From the NCBI GenBank assembly GCA_951406725.2, contig OX597819.1:57350001-57414000 (forward strand): 64,000 bases of DNA, given 5' to 3'. The position numbers were made by a program, and so were the translations under genes. This document shows positions 28,378-42,330 of the stretch, in pieces. Numbering within the stretch: the stretch's first letter is position 1; each line of letters opens with the position of its first letter. A model generated the notes under the pieces. It searched no databases and had not been told where the DNA came from. It saw nothing but the letters and a program-made list of their open reading frames with translations. This DNA comes from Octopus vulgaris (taxonomy: Eukaryota).

Positions 28378-28890
28378 ATGCGTGTGTGCGTGCGTGTACA
28401 TATGCTTGTTCATATGTACATAGACATGTCTGTATAGGTATGTATGCGTAAGAACAAGAAAGGAAAGTATGTTGTACAGGCTTAAAACATTGTTTTCTAT
28501 TCAACATTTGGGATTTTTCATTTAATCACTGAAGTGTTGAAACATTCGTAAAATGATACACGTAATATTCCATGCATATAATGAGTAGAACGTTCAAGAA
28601 TTACTTGACTTTAAAGACCACGTAAATTATTCCTTTTGAAAATGAAACAAGCTAGAAAACATTGATTGAAATATTTCTTCAGAATTCATGAATAAATGTG
28701 TCTTTTTAACACAGATGAGCATTGAAGCAAACGTTGATTAATCCGATAGTGTTCTAGGGCATATCATTTTTTCGGTATATCTAAGAACAATATACGGTGG
28801 GGATGGTTTAATTATGATACACAAAGGGGCTGACGGTAATTATTACTTAGAGTCAGTTATATAATCAGCAATCCAATAACAGGTGAGTGA

Positions 28891-28932
<42 letters not shown>

Positions 28933-28937
<5 letters not shown>

Positions 28938-29145
28938 TAGTTTTATTTTTATAGCGTGCTTTCACTTCACTACCGAGCACAGCTCTGTGTGCCTTGGGTA
29001 TGTGCTGTGATTTGTTGTGATGCTCTGATGGTTATTGTATGGAAAGTGTTCTGCGTAGGATGTGTGCAGTGCCTAGTAGTGCAATTTTCTATAAGTTATA
29101 TGTGTTTGTAAGTCCTGGTGTTTTTGTTATGTATTTGTCTGAATA

Positions 29146-29152
<7 letters not shown>
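28933..29152 (-). mobile_element. Dong/R4-clade LINE 3' end in (TAA)n
   Basis: Minus frame KKYSDKYITKTPGLTNTYNL*KIALLGTAHILRRTLSIQ*, homologous to the C-terminus at 48380-48455. Flanked by (TTA)n. Confidence 0.8.
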
Positions 29153-29237
<85 letters not shown>

Positions 29238-29271
29238 TTTTTATTAATATTATTATTATATAATTATTAAT

Positions 29272-29340
29272 ATTTTCTTTCAATCCTGCTTCCTTCTCTT
29301 GCCGAGTGTCTTCCTGATACGTTGGGCAGACAAACTCACT
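29272..29340 (-). mobile_element. Dong/R4-type 3' terminus (second family)
   Basis: Minus GGAAGACACTCGGCAAGAGAAGGAAGCAGGATTGAAAG resembles 48578-48615 GGGAAGACGCTCGGCAAGAAATGGAAGCAAATTTGAAA. Confidence 0.6.
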
Positions 29341-29779
29341 CTATACATTAATAGGTCATTAAAATATTATTTTTGTTACTGTTGTTGTCATTCTCGTCGT
29401 CGTTGTTGTTATTTCCATATTACTCTTGGAACTCTCGATTGTCAAAGGTCTCACAGGGTCTCTTTCGACGAGACTTAACACCCAAGTCCCAATCTCAAAA
29501 TCGTTACCATCCCCAGTAGAGCGGGTTTTGAGCATGTTCTTGTGTTAATTCCAATTTCTTTAACGTACGTCACGAACCAAACTGTTTGTGCTCCGGCGAG
29601 AAGCTTGCAAAAGGGTTAGCAAGCCGGAATAAATGCATAATGGCATTTTGTCGATATTTATGCTTTGAGTTCAAATTTCGCCGAGGTCATCTTTCCCCTT
29701 CATCAATTCTGAGTCGAGAAAATAAGTGTAAGTTGAACAGTGAAGTCGATGTAATCGATTTACCCTCTCCGCTTGTGCC

Positions 29780-29790
29780 CATATTTATTA

Positions 29791-29863
<73 letters not shown>

Positions 29864-29883
29864 CATCATCATCATCATCATCA

Positions 29884-29951
<68 letters not shown>

Positions 29952-29998
29952 GTTGTTATTGTTATTGTTGTTGTTGTTGTTGTTGTTGTTATTATTAA

Positions 29999-30038
<40 letters not shown>

Positions 30039-30044
30039 ATAATA

Positions 30045-30075
<31 letters not shown>

Positions 30076-30097
30076 TTATTATTTTTATTATTATTAA

Positions 30098-30161
<64 letters not shown>
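29780..30161. repeat. Long compound (ATT)/(ATC)/(GTT) microsatellite
   Basis: Seen directly. Confidence 0.95.
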
Positions 30162-30163
<2 letters not shown>

Positions 30164-30720
30164 GTGGGAGAGCACTGCAGGCCATCAAAGTGACACTGGT
30201 GTAAAATATACGAAGCCCAGTATACCCATCATGACTACCCGTCTGATAAGGGTACACTAGGCACATGCATCACAACCATAAGTGCGTGATATGGTGATCT
30301 CATATCAAGATAAACAGCACGTGACCTTGCAGGTGGAGCCCAGTTAGAATTTTCTTCAGGTCGAGTAACCCATCCTGCTCAAAAGATCCCTGAATAACGG
30401 TTGTTTAAGGATGTTGAACGAAACGCCTATGTTTCCAGAGGTGAATTATTCAAACCCGAAAGAATCCCTCTCAGCACATGGCTATGATTCTCCCCAACTA
30501 CTTCTGCTCGTGATCAGAGATGCACATATCGTCAGCCATCAAGGGACATGCTCAACTGGTTATGGTCAAACAACTGACAAGCAAATCTCTGGTATTGAGC
30601 AGAAAGTTTGCTGTAGCCCATCTTTTATACCAAGACAAGAAGATGTACATGATAACACTTCCAATCAGTTAAGATCAGAGCCATAAGAGCCACTGCCTGG
30701 TACTGCATCAGGGCATTTAT
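30162..30720 (-). mobile_element. About 560-bp non-coding element inserted within (TAA)n
   Basis: Sharp boundaries in TTA repeats on both sides, higher GC, no convincing ORF. Orientation is inferred from its neighbours. Confidence 0.55.
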
Positions 30721-30721
30721 A

Positions 30722-30798
<77 letters not shown>

Positions 30799-30821
30799 CA
30801 TTATTATTATTATTATTATTA

Positions 30822-31061
30822 TTCAGTAGTTTTATTTTCATAGCGTGCTTTCACTTCACTACCGAGCGCAGCTCTGTGTGCCTTAGGTATGTGCTGTTAT
30901 TTGTTGTGATGCTCTGATGGTTATTGTATGGAAAGTGTTCTGCGTAGGATGAGTGCAGTGCCTAGTAGTGCAATTTTCTGTATGTTATATATGTTTGTAA
31001 GTCCTGGTGATTTTGTTATGTATTTGTCTGAATATTTTTTTATCATGCCTAATGCACCTAC

Positions 31062-31092
<31 letters not shown>

Positions 31093-31311
31093 CGTTATTA
31101 TTCAGTAGTTTTATTTTTATAGCGTGCTTTCACTTCACTACCGAGCGCAGCTCTGTATGCCTTGGGTATGTGCTGTGATTTGTTGTGATGCTCTGATGGT
31201 TATTGTATGGAAAGTGTTCTGCGTAGGATGTGTGCAGTGCCTAGTAGTGCAATTTTCTGTATGTTATATGTGTATGTAAGTCCTGGTGTTTTTGTTATGT
31301 ATTTGTCTGAA

Positions 31312-31313
<2 letters not shown>
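30822..31313 (-). mobile_element. Two more tandem Dong/R4 3' ends (30822-31061, 31101-31313)
   Basis: Near-identical to 28933-29152. VGALGMIKKYSDKY...IQKIALLGTA on the minus strand. Separated by (TTA)n. Confidence 0.8.
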
Positions 31314-31408
<95 letters not shown>

Positions 31409-32549
31409 ATCATTATTATTATAATATTAATGAATAACCATTTTCTTATTATATGTCTACTTGTGGTTGTAGAATATTCATTGCAGTAATACATTACCTT
31501 AGTCTAATTCCTATTAACTATTCAACGACATTTATATATTTGTATGAAACTGTAAAGAAGAAAACTTATGATAACATTGGGGATCTGTTTGCGGATGTTT
31601 GAACTGAAGGCATATTAATTTGTTTAATCATAACTTTGCAGTTATGTATAAGTTTTTCCAAATCTTCGTCTTGGATATTCGTCTTGGGAACTTACAGATG
31701 CACGATCGAATTCCAAAATTAAAACATAGATACAGCAAACATAATTTAAACTTAAAGATAAAAAAAGTTTACTTGAACTGTCAGAGATCTTCCTTTTTAG
31801 CAAGTAATTTATGTAAGGCTGTGTGTAGAAATTGAAAGAGCTACAACATGGAAGAGCAACTTTTAACACACAAAGTGTGAAATTCATTTTAAATTTTGTT
31901 TTATTTCATAGTGTCAAAAATTTAGTGGAGCAACCCTAGAACAACAATGTGTTATTATCCAGGTCATAGTTGTGCGCCGAATGTTTTAATATTTCATGAT
32001 ATAGATATGAATTTAAGGTGAATTTAATTCCTTGTCTTCGACATTATATAATTGCCCTCGGCCAAATCTTAATGGTCCATGATAATCATTTCGATTACAT
32101 TATTCCCACGATTATTTGTATTATTCTCTATAGGACGCGCCAACAAATCAACACACCGTATATCACTTCAAAGATCTTAGCTCAGTGCTCCAAACTGAAT
32201 AGGAAAAAAGGCTAAGAAGGGGACATGAAGAATCTTTAATAACAACGGCGAGCTACAAAACTTATATGAATTACTGGGAATATTTTGAATATATGTTCCC
32301 TACACAAACAACGTACAAGAACGCAAATACTCTCTCTCTCACACACACAAACATACACATACGCACACGTACACACACATATACATGAAACTCAACTTCG
32401 CCATATTTGCTAGGTGTGAAATTGAAAGAAATATAATATATTAATAACTTCTCTAAAGCAGGCACAGCATAAATAATTTGCATTACACATTTATTGAATA
32501 TTTTAACTTTCCATCGGATGTAGTGTCTCTCAAAAGATATGTATGTATG

Positions 32550-32620
<71 letters not shown>

Positions 32621-32830
32621 TTAAATATTTAAAAGGTCACATTTCCGTGCCTTATTTTAAGTTGATAGTCACAAATAACTTACTAAATACGCTTAAAATG
32701 TCGTTTCCCTTTATACTGGTGTCTATAATTATGAATAGTTGAAAATTTCAAATAAATTAATAAACACATTATATGAAAAATAAAAATCAATAATTTAATT
32801 AAGGGGACTCTTATAAAATATAAAGCGTCA

Positions 32831-32905
<75 letters not shown>

Positions 32906-32959
32906 CATGTTTGCATGTATGTACGTATGTATGTGTGTATCTCTCTCTCTCTCTCTCGC

Positions 32960-32997
<38 letters not shown>

Positions 32998-35774
32998 AAG
33001 ACATAAATAGATAGATATACAAAAATTTTGTTTATTCTAAAATTACTATTTTCTTCTATCCGTCAGAGATGCACACATACACTTTGGACAGAGAAGCAAC
33101 TTAATTTCCATAAATATGTGTTGCAAACACGGCTCTCTTCTAGATTTATATTTTTATAAATATTATGAGTTTTCCATTATGGGTCTACTAAATCTTCTGA
33201 CATGTATGTACACCGACATTTCTGGAACGCCTCCATAGGAAACCAAATGATTTTAGTTCATTGTTAATGGTTAAGAATTTTGCCAGATATGTGGTCATTA
33301 TTTTCTTACCGGATATTTTAAAGAATAGTAGCACAATAATCTTTAGAAACCCTTTCAAAAGCTAGAGTTCAATACAACCCAGTTGTTTATCTACAAGTCT
33401 TTTAAGTTTATGCTCTTTTAGAATATGTCTTAAAGTAAGTGAGCAAAAATTTTTGAGAGAAAAGGAAGAAAAAATTGCTGCGTGTGTGTTGAAGTTTGGA
33501 AACACAGTAGAGACTTGAAACTGTTTAAGAGCTAAAGAAGCAGTTGGCTTAAATGAGCGCATTAAAATGTTAAATATTTCTTGGAGCAAGAATTACGAGT
33601 GAAGAGGCTGTTCCTGAAAGCATTTGTAGTTATGTCATACAGTAGCACAGTTTCCTCTTATGGCGTGCAGGCTGTTTGCATGTGTATCATCGCAGTTACC
33701 ACCTTCGTCGAAGTCGTTGTCGTCATCATCGTCTGTATTATAATCAAAAGCAACATTAACTGCTTTAGCCGCATTAGCATGGTCCGAGTTATATGGGTAA
33801 AAGTTTATTGCTGATGGCAATTGAAGTTTTGAGACGGCAAGCTTCGAACATAGTACGAAATATTTTCGAGCTTTGAAATACATGGCGCAACTATTTAGAG
33901 GCGTAGTCGTTACCTTTATAGATTACAGTGAACCTGAGAAATGCAAAAGTAATAAAACCTATTGATTTCGTAAGCCTTAATTTTATATTACGCATGGGTA
34001 ACTAGAGTAATGGTAAAAGGTTAAAAATAAAAGGTTCCATGAACGCATATTTATGCAATAAAATTTTTTTCTTTGGCAATTTCTAGTATTTGCAGGAATA
34101 TCCGTAATAGCATTTATACTCGCAGATGAGGGGCGAATATTGTCTAAGTAAGCAAAAGAGTAGAGAACACTAGGCGTTTCCCCGTCGGATTACGTAAATC
34201 AAACTTTCGTATCTAGGTACAGACTTTCTCGATTTACGACTAAATTCTGTTGCAACCTTCGCAGTCGTGAGTTGATATAAATGTGATCTGAACATGTATT
34301 TGTCCTGTTGAGGTAAGATGGTTGGTGAATATCTAAATGCATTACTAGCATGGCTTAAATGACTGTATTTTAATTTTTCAAACGTTAATATATGCATTTA
34401 ATTTTTTCTTTGAAACGGGAGAATCCATATGATGTCAATCGATCTGCTAAGAACCAACCTCATTATTATATCCTGCAATTTTTGGAGGGTGTAGCACATA
34501 TTGGGTAATGAAGTGCTAGATACCACCAAAATACGGCTTGGCCATAACTGGAACGCATCTAATCATATTAGGTTTGCTTAATCAGCTCTGACCGAGGGAG
34601 GAAAAACTGAACTACGGCTATTTTTCCCTTTAATGTCCTTAGTTATATTTTATTCCATCGTTTTATACCATTGTATCGTCTTTCGGACATTATGCAGATT
34701 GTATCTTTATAAATATAATAAGTTATCATTCAAACATATGGATAAAAATATGTCATCAGCATTAAATCCAAGCAAGATATATGATTGGTGACTAAATGAT
34801 TTACATTTTCATTAATCGGGAATTACATTCAGTGAAACGTTCCTAATATGTCCTTTCGTCTAAGCAAAATAAATTACATATGTACCAAACAATAATAAAT
34901 ATAGCAAACAGTTGTTTCACTGAATATTATTTCATTGATTTCTCCATCATAAGCTCAGAATGAAAGGACACGAAGATCTGTCACACGAGGTAATATCAAC
35001 ACTGGTTGTCTGCTAACCAGAATAATGAGAGATTTACTGAATATGCGATTATTTATAACTATGATTTGATGTATTATGTTCGATGTTGGAAGCGTAGCAC
35101 AACATATTTTGATGACATGTTTTACGCTATCTACAATTCCAAAGTTAAATGTATTCGTATATTATCAATGAAAAGCCCTGTCTCTCAATATAACGTTGTC
35201 CAACTAGTGGACTTAATTTGACAGATTTCATTTTTTTTATATTTATTCATTTATTTTTGCGGCAAGTTATCACGTGTCGCCGATTAGTCCACTTCCAAGA
35301 GCATCATAATCAAAAGAATTCCAGCTTTGACCGTCTCAAATCTTTTTCAGATCACATACGTAGGACTACAATATTCAATATATCCTTGCATTTTTAAGGC
35401 GAGGGGCTGTGATAAAATAGATATTTGGCTGTGAATTAGTGCATGTCGGGTAGCTATATAGTAGAACTCTCGCTTGTTCATTCATTAATTTTCATGAACC
35501 CCGCTTTTCATTGTCTCTAATGATTCATCTGATCGAGTACATCAATTAATAAAAGATTCGTAGACATTACATTTCCATGTATTTACGTAATCATATCTGT
35601 TATTGAGTGAGGAAGATATGGCTGATGTTGCTAACAAATGTACTAGCCTCATAGTCTCTCATCTTCGGCATCAGTAGCTACGTCATCTACTTTCATGACT
35701 ATATGTCACCACCCACCACAAAAAAATGTCAAATCAAGAAATTATAAGATAATTTTTTTTAGAAGTATTCATAG

Positions 35775-36165
35775 ACGTAGGAACGGATGTGTGGTAAGTA
35801 GCTTGCTTACGAACCACATGGTTCCAGGTTCAGTCCCACTGCGTGGCACCTTGGGCAAGCCTCGGGCTGACCAAAGCATTGTGAGTGGATTTGGTAGACG
35901 GAAACTGAAAGAAGCCCGTCGTATACATGTATATATATATGTGCGTGTGTGTGTTTGTGTATCTGTGTTTGTCCCCCCAACATCGCTTGACAACCGATAT
36001 TGATATGTTTAAGTCCCTGTAACTTAGCGGTTCACAAAAAGTGACCGATAGAATAAGTACTAGGCTTACAAAGAATAAGTGCTGGGGTCGATTTGCTCGA
36101 CTAAAGGCGGTGCTCCAGCATGGCTACAGTCAAATGACTGAAACAAGAAAAAGAGTAAAAGAGTA
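35775..36165 (+). mobile_element. Full CORE-like SINE (octopus OR2-like)
   Basis: tRNA head, CACCTTGGGCAAG CORE-like block, central (TA/TG) tract and a tail ending (AAAAGAGT)2. Confidence 0.8.
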
Positions 36166-36593
36166 GGGCTTGATTGATCAAATAAACTCGAAAATACGTG
36201 AAGAAAAAAGTAGCTGATGAGCAAGCAAAAATTAAGTAGCCCGAAATTGGTTGAGAGGAAATTTAGTAATGAGTTATGGAGACTAAAATAATATTGAAGA
36301 GAGCATGCTAAGTAGTTGAATAAGTTCTAGGTATGAGGTCAGTACGTAAATATTTTTATCCAAATAGATCTTACGATTTCGGCGATAAATATATATTTTT
36401 TTTTTACCAACTAAATGAAATATTTATTGTATTATAATGTAATTAGTTCGTTCATCCATCGTCACTAGTATTGTTAGCGTAAGTCTCAAGCAGAATTGGC
36501 ACGTTGTAATGCATAACAAAATAGGCAGTCCATCCAATGGGCTTCCAATAGCTCTCACAATACATACGTCAGCCAGAGTATACTCTAAAAATA

Positions 36594-37103
36594 CTGTAAA
36601 TCCTCGAGTATAATCTGCATTTTTTTCCCAAAGTTTAATGATCAAAATCCCTACTGCGTACTATATACGAGGTTAAAAATGAAAAATACTTTTAAGCAAT
36701 GTCCGAGTTTCTATTTGCTGTCCGGCAATGTTTATTCAGATGCATTTTGTGATGTCCGAAATACCTTAATCTAAGCCTGAAAGCAGTGAAGTCATCAAAG
36801 AATCATCCTTAACTTGCAGTGAGCAACATTTATTAAAATAAAAGTATTCAGAACACAGAATGACATATAACAAAAACAAATTGCAAACATATTTGTATTC
36901 CCATATAACAGTTGAGGATATCACCATAATTACGCATGCGCGGAAGGGTTTGTTCGACTAGGTGCTGCTGGCATAATTACGCACGGCTCAAGTTAGAGAA
37001 GGAGTGCGTATTGTACACAACGTTTAGGTTTTTCAGAGTTACAGCCCCCTAAAAATCCCCTGCGTATTATACTCAAGGACGGATTATACTCCAAAATTTA
37101 AGG
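36594..37103. mobile_element. Tc1/mariner-superfamily MITE (Tc2/pogo-like CCGTA ends), TA target duplication
   Basis: TA|CTGTAAATCCTCGAGTATAATCTGC ... CGGATTATACTCCAAAATTTAAGG|TA are imperfect TIRs. Confidence 0.65.
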
Positions 37104-37667
37104 TATTCGAAATAACATACAGGAGTGTGAAAGGAGGCATCATGAGAACGAACGTATCTGCAAGCACTCGGCCGTGCCTGTGTTCACATATAGACATATC
37201 TACATAAACACGTGTAAATTCGTATATACACACACAAACAGTATTATATTAAGATGAATAGCTGGATTGTATTTTCTGTGCTTTTATACTTATTCCTCGG
37301 GAAAGAAAGAAATGCATATAAGATAGAAATAGACACCGATTATCAAGTGTTTCTATATGACTGCATAAGAAATTTTGAAATATATTATAATTTCCGAGAT
37401 TGGTGACATGTCAGTCTGAGAATCGGAAATGTTCAAGTTGAGCAAAGAAGCCAAATACATTAGCGACGAAAATTTCAACCTGAGAGAGGGAAAGCGGAAT
37501 TGATATCAAACTGACACCCTTTATTTTGCATCCGCTATTTGAAACCATACATTCTACCATGCTATTTTGCTCCTACCTCACGATTAGATTCGATAATGAT
37601 CTTCACATATGTGAACTACAATATGTTATACTCTAGATATTACGGAGAACATCAATGTGGCTAATAA

Positions 37668-39841
37668 CACTGGTTTACAAAGATTTCTTTTTTTCTTTGC
37701 TCTGAGGCAAGGATGTGAACAGGTGTTTTTTTTTTACTAATTTTGATGTGGGGGATTCACGTTTCTGAACAGTTTTGTTCTATCACTTCCAGCTTTTTGC
37801 TTTCACACATCTCATTTTAATTATACTGCATATAAATTCAAAATACAATGTGTTTATTTCATCTGATACAAAGGCATATTACGAAAAAAGAACAAAATAG
37901 ATACAGAGCATTGATGGAACTAAATTACTTGGATAATAGAATACGCACAAATCAAAGTGAGTTTTTTGGACGATCTTGTGTACTTTGCCTCCGGAATATC
38001 ACGCAAGAACATCCAGCAAAATTCCCCATCATACTGGGGCTCCACTTGCCTTGGTAGTTACTCTCAATCTTAGTAATATCTTGGTGGATCCTTTCTCCAT
38101 GCTCATCACTCAATGCTCCGAGCTTCGGAGGGAAGAAATTGGGGTGGGATTGAAGAAAGTGAATTTTGAGGGACATTCGGCATCTCATATCCTCATAAGA
38201 CTGGAACAACTTCTAGATACACTCTTGGTAATCTAGTACCCGTGTCTTACCAAGGAAGCCATGGCAGACTGACTTCAATGCTTCTCATGCTCTCAGTCCT
38301 TTTATGGTAAGAAGATTCTCAGCGTGTTTATCCTTCAACACTTCTGCAATCTGAAGCCCGACGAAGATGCCCTCTTTGAAATTATCAGAACTCAGAGCTG
38401 GGAACATAGTGCAGAAGTGTTGGAAGTCAGCACCATCTTTGTCCATGGTCTTCACGAAGTTCTTCATTAAACCAAGCTGGATATGAAGAGGAGGAAGAAG
38501 TACGTTGTTCATGTCAACCAAAAGATTTTCTTGGACATTGTGTTCACCAGGCAAGAAAGTGCGCTTAGATCCCCAGTTCATCTGCTTGTAGTGTTTGGGC
38601 CCATCCCTGCTGTCCCAGAGACAGAGAAAGCAACAGTACTTTGTGAAGCCAGCTTGCATACCCATAAGGAGCCCAATGACATTGAGGTTCCTGTATTGAC
38701 TCCACTGGTATTGGTTGTATTTGACGGCTTCCAAAAGGAGCTCCATATTGTTAGATGGCTCCTTCAGATGAACTGAGTAGACCGAGATTGTTGGGATATT
38801 TATTCCAATTGTACAAGAGCACAGCCTTCAGAACTCGCTTGGAAGAGTCTATGAAAAGACGCTAATCTGAGGAATTGTGTGGGAAACCAAGGAAGGCTAA
38901 CAAGCCAGAAACATTAGTGCAGTAGCACAACCTGTTTACCATGTCGAAGAATGAGCACATTCCAGGTTCATTGTCCTGAAACTGGTGATCCTTACATGTG
39001 CTTTGACCAGGTTCCACTGCTTAAGCCGGGATGCCAGGTGCTCTGACTGTTGCTTAGATAAATACAAACCACGAGCAAGGTCATTGAGGTCTTCCTGCAT
39101 GATCCAGTGGGGCTCTTTGACACTTGTTCCTAAATAAACAGAGACATTGCCTTCAGAAGAGATCATCGTGGCAGAATCTTATTCTGAGAGCATTTCTTTA
39201 TCCTTATTTGATGGGGTGTAAGAACAGGGAGATCATCTGTGTGAGGAACAGGTCTCATAGCTGAGGGAAGTTTTGGATATTTGACCTTTTATCTAGAAGA
39301 AGCATTGAAACCGGATATATTTGTTAGACAATAAAGCAATCATCTACATGGCTTCCTGGTTCACTCGGGACAGCAAAATTTAAGGCTGCTTTCTTGCTGT
39401 TAAACCATGCTGTTTATCCATTGTAGCAGGGTTTTCAACAGATGTGTGATGCCCAGGATGTGTCCTGATCTCCAATTTTACAATCAAAATATCGAAAGTA
39501 AGCAGTTCTCAGGAGGGAAATAATTGTTCGGCGCTGTGCAACTTTCGTAAAATCCCCACACACACACAAAAATAAATTTGCCTTGTATATACATCCTCGG
39601 TGTTTTGACGTGCCTGAAGCCCTTGAAGAGATATATTTCATATGTATCACACAAATCTGGCAAACAAAATAAACGTTGATCATATATATGGTTACGGAGA
39701 TTATCGCAAAATCATAATAATATATATCACAAAAAAGTAGAGGTGATGAGTGAAAACTGGTTTCGTATCTGATATCAGCACCCTATAATAAGGCTACAAC
39801 AACACTTTTTACGTTTGCTTCAATTTCTCTCTAAACCTGTG
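37668..39841 (-). mobile_element. Full-length, inactivated Chapaev3-like (CMC) DNA transposon
   Basis: Motifs KIGDQDTSWASHIC, LNDLARGLYLSKQQSEHLASRLKQWNL, GFTKYCCFLCLWDSR, LPPLHIQLGLMKNFVK, SLKIHFLQSH..SDEHGERIHQDI..YQGKW. Termini CACTGGTTTA / TAAACCTGTG with a 3-bp TAA duplication on both sides. Confidence 0.88.
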
Positions 39842-40111
39842 TAATAAGTGTTAAATCCGCCATGAATCAGCGTTCTGGAATCGTAAAACATGGAGAATTT
39901 ATTGGATAATGTTGTCTTAGATAGCAAATGCAATAGAAAAAAGTAACGTGACCATAGCTCAAACGCTTTTAATTGAGCAGGTAGATCTGGGGTTCATCAG
40001 CAACAACAAATCAACAGCGTCATATACCATATCGTATGAATGGCATTGCAGCCTTTTTACACAGCATTTCATATCAGTATTCACTTTACTGGGGTTCTAT
40101 AACAAAATGTA

Positions 40112-40397
40112 CCTTACTTGTACTTGTATATGTAACGGCGTTCACCAAGGGCCGGTTGAGCCGGCTTCTTCTCTGGTCCTAACGACATCACGAACCATGG
40201 CGGCCCACGATCAACGGTCCTGTGCGAGGTCACTGGAGATAGCGAGCCATTCGCGGTTCCATCTGCGCAAACCGACCCCCTGCGGACCTGAGAGTTCGGA
40301 GAGGTCCCCCTTTATCGTCGTTGCCCAGTTCTTCAGCTGCCCACCGTGCGCCGTGCGTCGACTTCTCAGCTGGCACAAACGCACGGGCGGGCAGCGT
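40112..40397 (-). mobile_element. RTE-clade LINE 3' end
   Basis: Minus frame GGQLKNWATTIKGDLSELSGPQGVGLRRWNREWLAISSDLAQDR*SWAAMVRDVVRTREEAGSTGPW*, followed by a (CAAGTA)2 tail. Confidence 0.85.
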
Positions 40398-40977
40398 AAA
40401 AAAAATGTACCGGTAATAAACTAAGCTTATAAAGATTTTTAAGACCCAGAAAAATGTTAATAAAATACTAAATTATAATAAACAATTTCCTAAGAATACA
40501 TGAAAGGGAAAGTTATATAGTCGCAGAGATTTCCTCATGTAAAAGTATATAACGATTTATCGACTCGTTTAAGTTACAAAGAAACTGTTTCATTACAATC
40601 TATTACATGTCTACCAATATATTTATCCACTTAACACTATTTATTTCCAAATAGCATCTATATTTATTTCCTTCGTATTTTATATATATTATACACAATT
40701 GGACTACGACACGCACAGAATTATGGATGCGTTTGTACATATATCTACAATCACACAACACACACACACCCTCACTGTTTCTCTCTCTCTCTCTCTTTGC
40801 CTCGTAGCACTACCAGGTGTTGCTTGACACTGTAGCATATATCAGATAAAGTCGCCTATAGTATGTGATCTATGTATTGTATATATGCGCTAATGAAAAG
40901 TTTGATATAGTCTGCGGCAAAAGAGTGTCTAGAAACTGAAATACGCTATTATATCAATAGATACATACGGACAAACT

Positions 40978-41011
<34 letters not shown>

Positions 41012-41279
41012 TGTGCGTGTGTGTGTGTGTGTGTGATTGTGTGTGTGTGCTCGCGCGTGTGAGTGTGTGCGTGTGTGTGTGCATACGGAGATAAAGTCCT
41101 TAAATTTTTGTTCCGAATTAGAGGGAAATATGCTGGTACTATGCGTTGTGTTGATTCACTAGAAATAGTTACATCCTAGCAATTCATAACAAGTTGATCG
41201 CAAAAAAAAAAAGAAACGAAAAGACAGACAAATATATCATGAAAAACAATATTTTAGTCCTAATATTTCAAATTTGCTA

Positions 41280-41865
41280 CGGCGGCCAGCTGGCAGGAAC
41301 TTTAGCACGCCGGGCAAAATGCTTAGCAGTATTTCGTCTGTCGCTACGTTCTGAGTTCAAATTCCGCCGAGGTCGACTTTGCATTTCATCCTTTCGGGGT
41401 CGATTAAATAAGTACCGGTTACGCACTGGGGTCGATGTAATCAACTTAATCCGTTTGTCTGTCCTTGTTTGTCTCCTCTGTGTGTAGCCCATTGTGGGTA
41501 GTAAAGAAATAGGTATTTCGTCTGTCTTTACGTTCTGAGTTCAAATTCCGTCGAGGTCGACTTTGTCTTTCATCCTTTCGGGGTCGATAAATTAAGTACC
41601 AGTTGTGTACTGGGCGCGATCTAATCGACTGGCCCTCTACCCTAAAATTTAGGGCCTTGTGCCTAGCTAGAGCAGAAAAGAATCGCTGTGACACCGGGCA
41701 AAGCTAAGCTGCATTTCGTCCGTGTTTAAATTCTTAGTTCAATTGCCGCCGAGGACGACTTTGCATTTCAGCTGTCAGTAAAAAAAGTACCAAATTCTTT
41801 ACAGCTGTCGACGTAATTGACTTATCCATTTCTGCGAAATCGCTGGCCTTGTGCTCGAATTCGAA
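41280..41865 (+). mobile_element. Dimeric SINE (41280-41680) plus degenerate monomer
   Basis: Colinear with 12123-12520. Confidence 0.85.
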
Positions 41866-42330
41866 ACCAACATTTTTCAGATTTTCTGTGAAAACATCTT
41901 TTAGGAAAACACAGATTGTAGTGACTTGCACATAGTGACTTTTAGGTTTTACTTGCTTCCCTCATTGGATCGGTTTTAATATTTTAGTTGAGCAATTCAA
42001 CGTCAGTACTTTCTTAGATGTCTGTACTTACTATAAGGGTCTCTTTTATCGAGTTTTTTTTTTATTTGCACCGATATGTTACACTGGTGTAAACACACCA
42101 GAACCTATTGTCAAATTGTGGGGGCGACAAACCCAAACTCAAATAAACAATCATGCACACATAGACACATTCCCAAATATCTGTATGTATATATATAACA
42201 CGGGTCTACCGAATACACATACGTTGCGTTAATCCGAACGGCATTACAATAGAAGATAGTTACCAAGCTGCTGCACAGACCAATATTCAAGAAAAATAAT
42301 ATTTTAGTCGTAATATTTTTAATTTTCTAC

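Noticed and set aside
36210-36260. CTGATGAG...CGAAA
   Set aside because: No consistent stems I, II or III.
40131-40400. GC-rich hairpin-rich island and ORF 39948-40424 as a novel ncRNA or gene
   Set aside because: The minus strand encodes a recognisable RTE LINE C-terminus with a CAAGTA tail.
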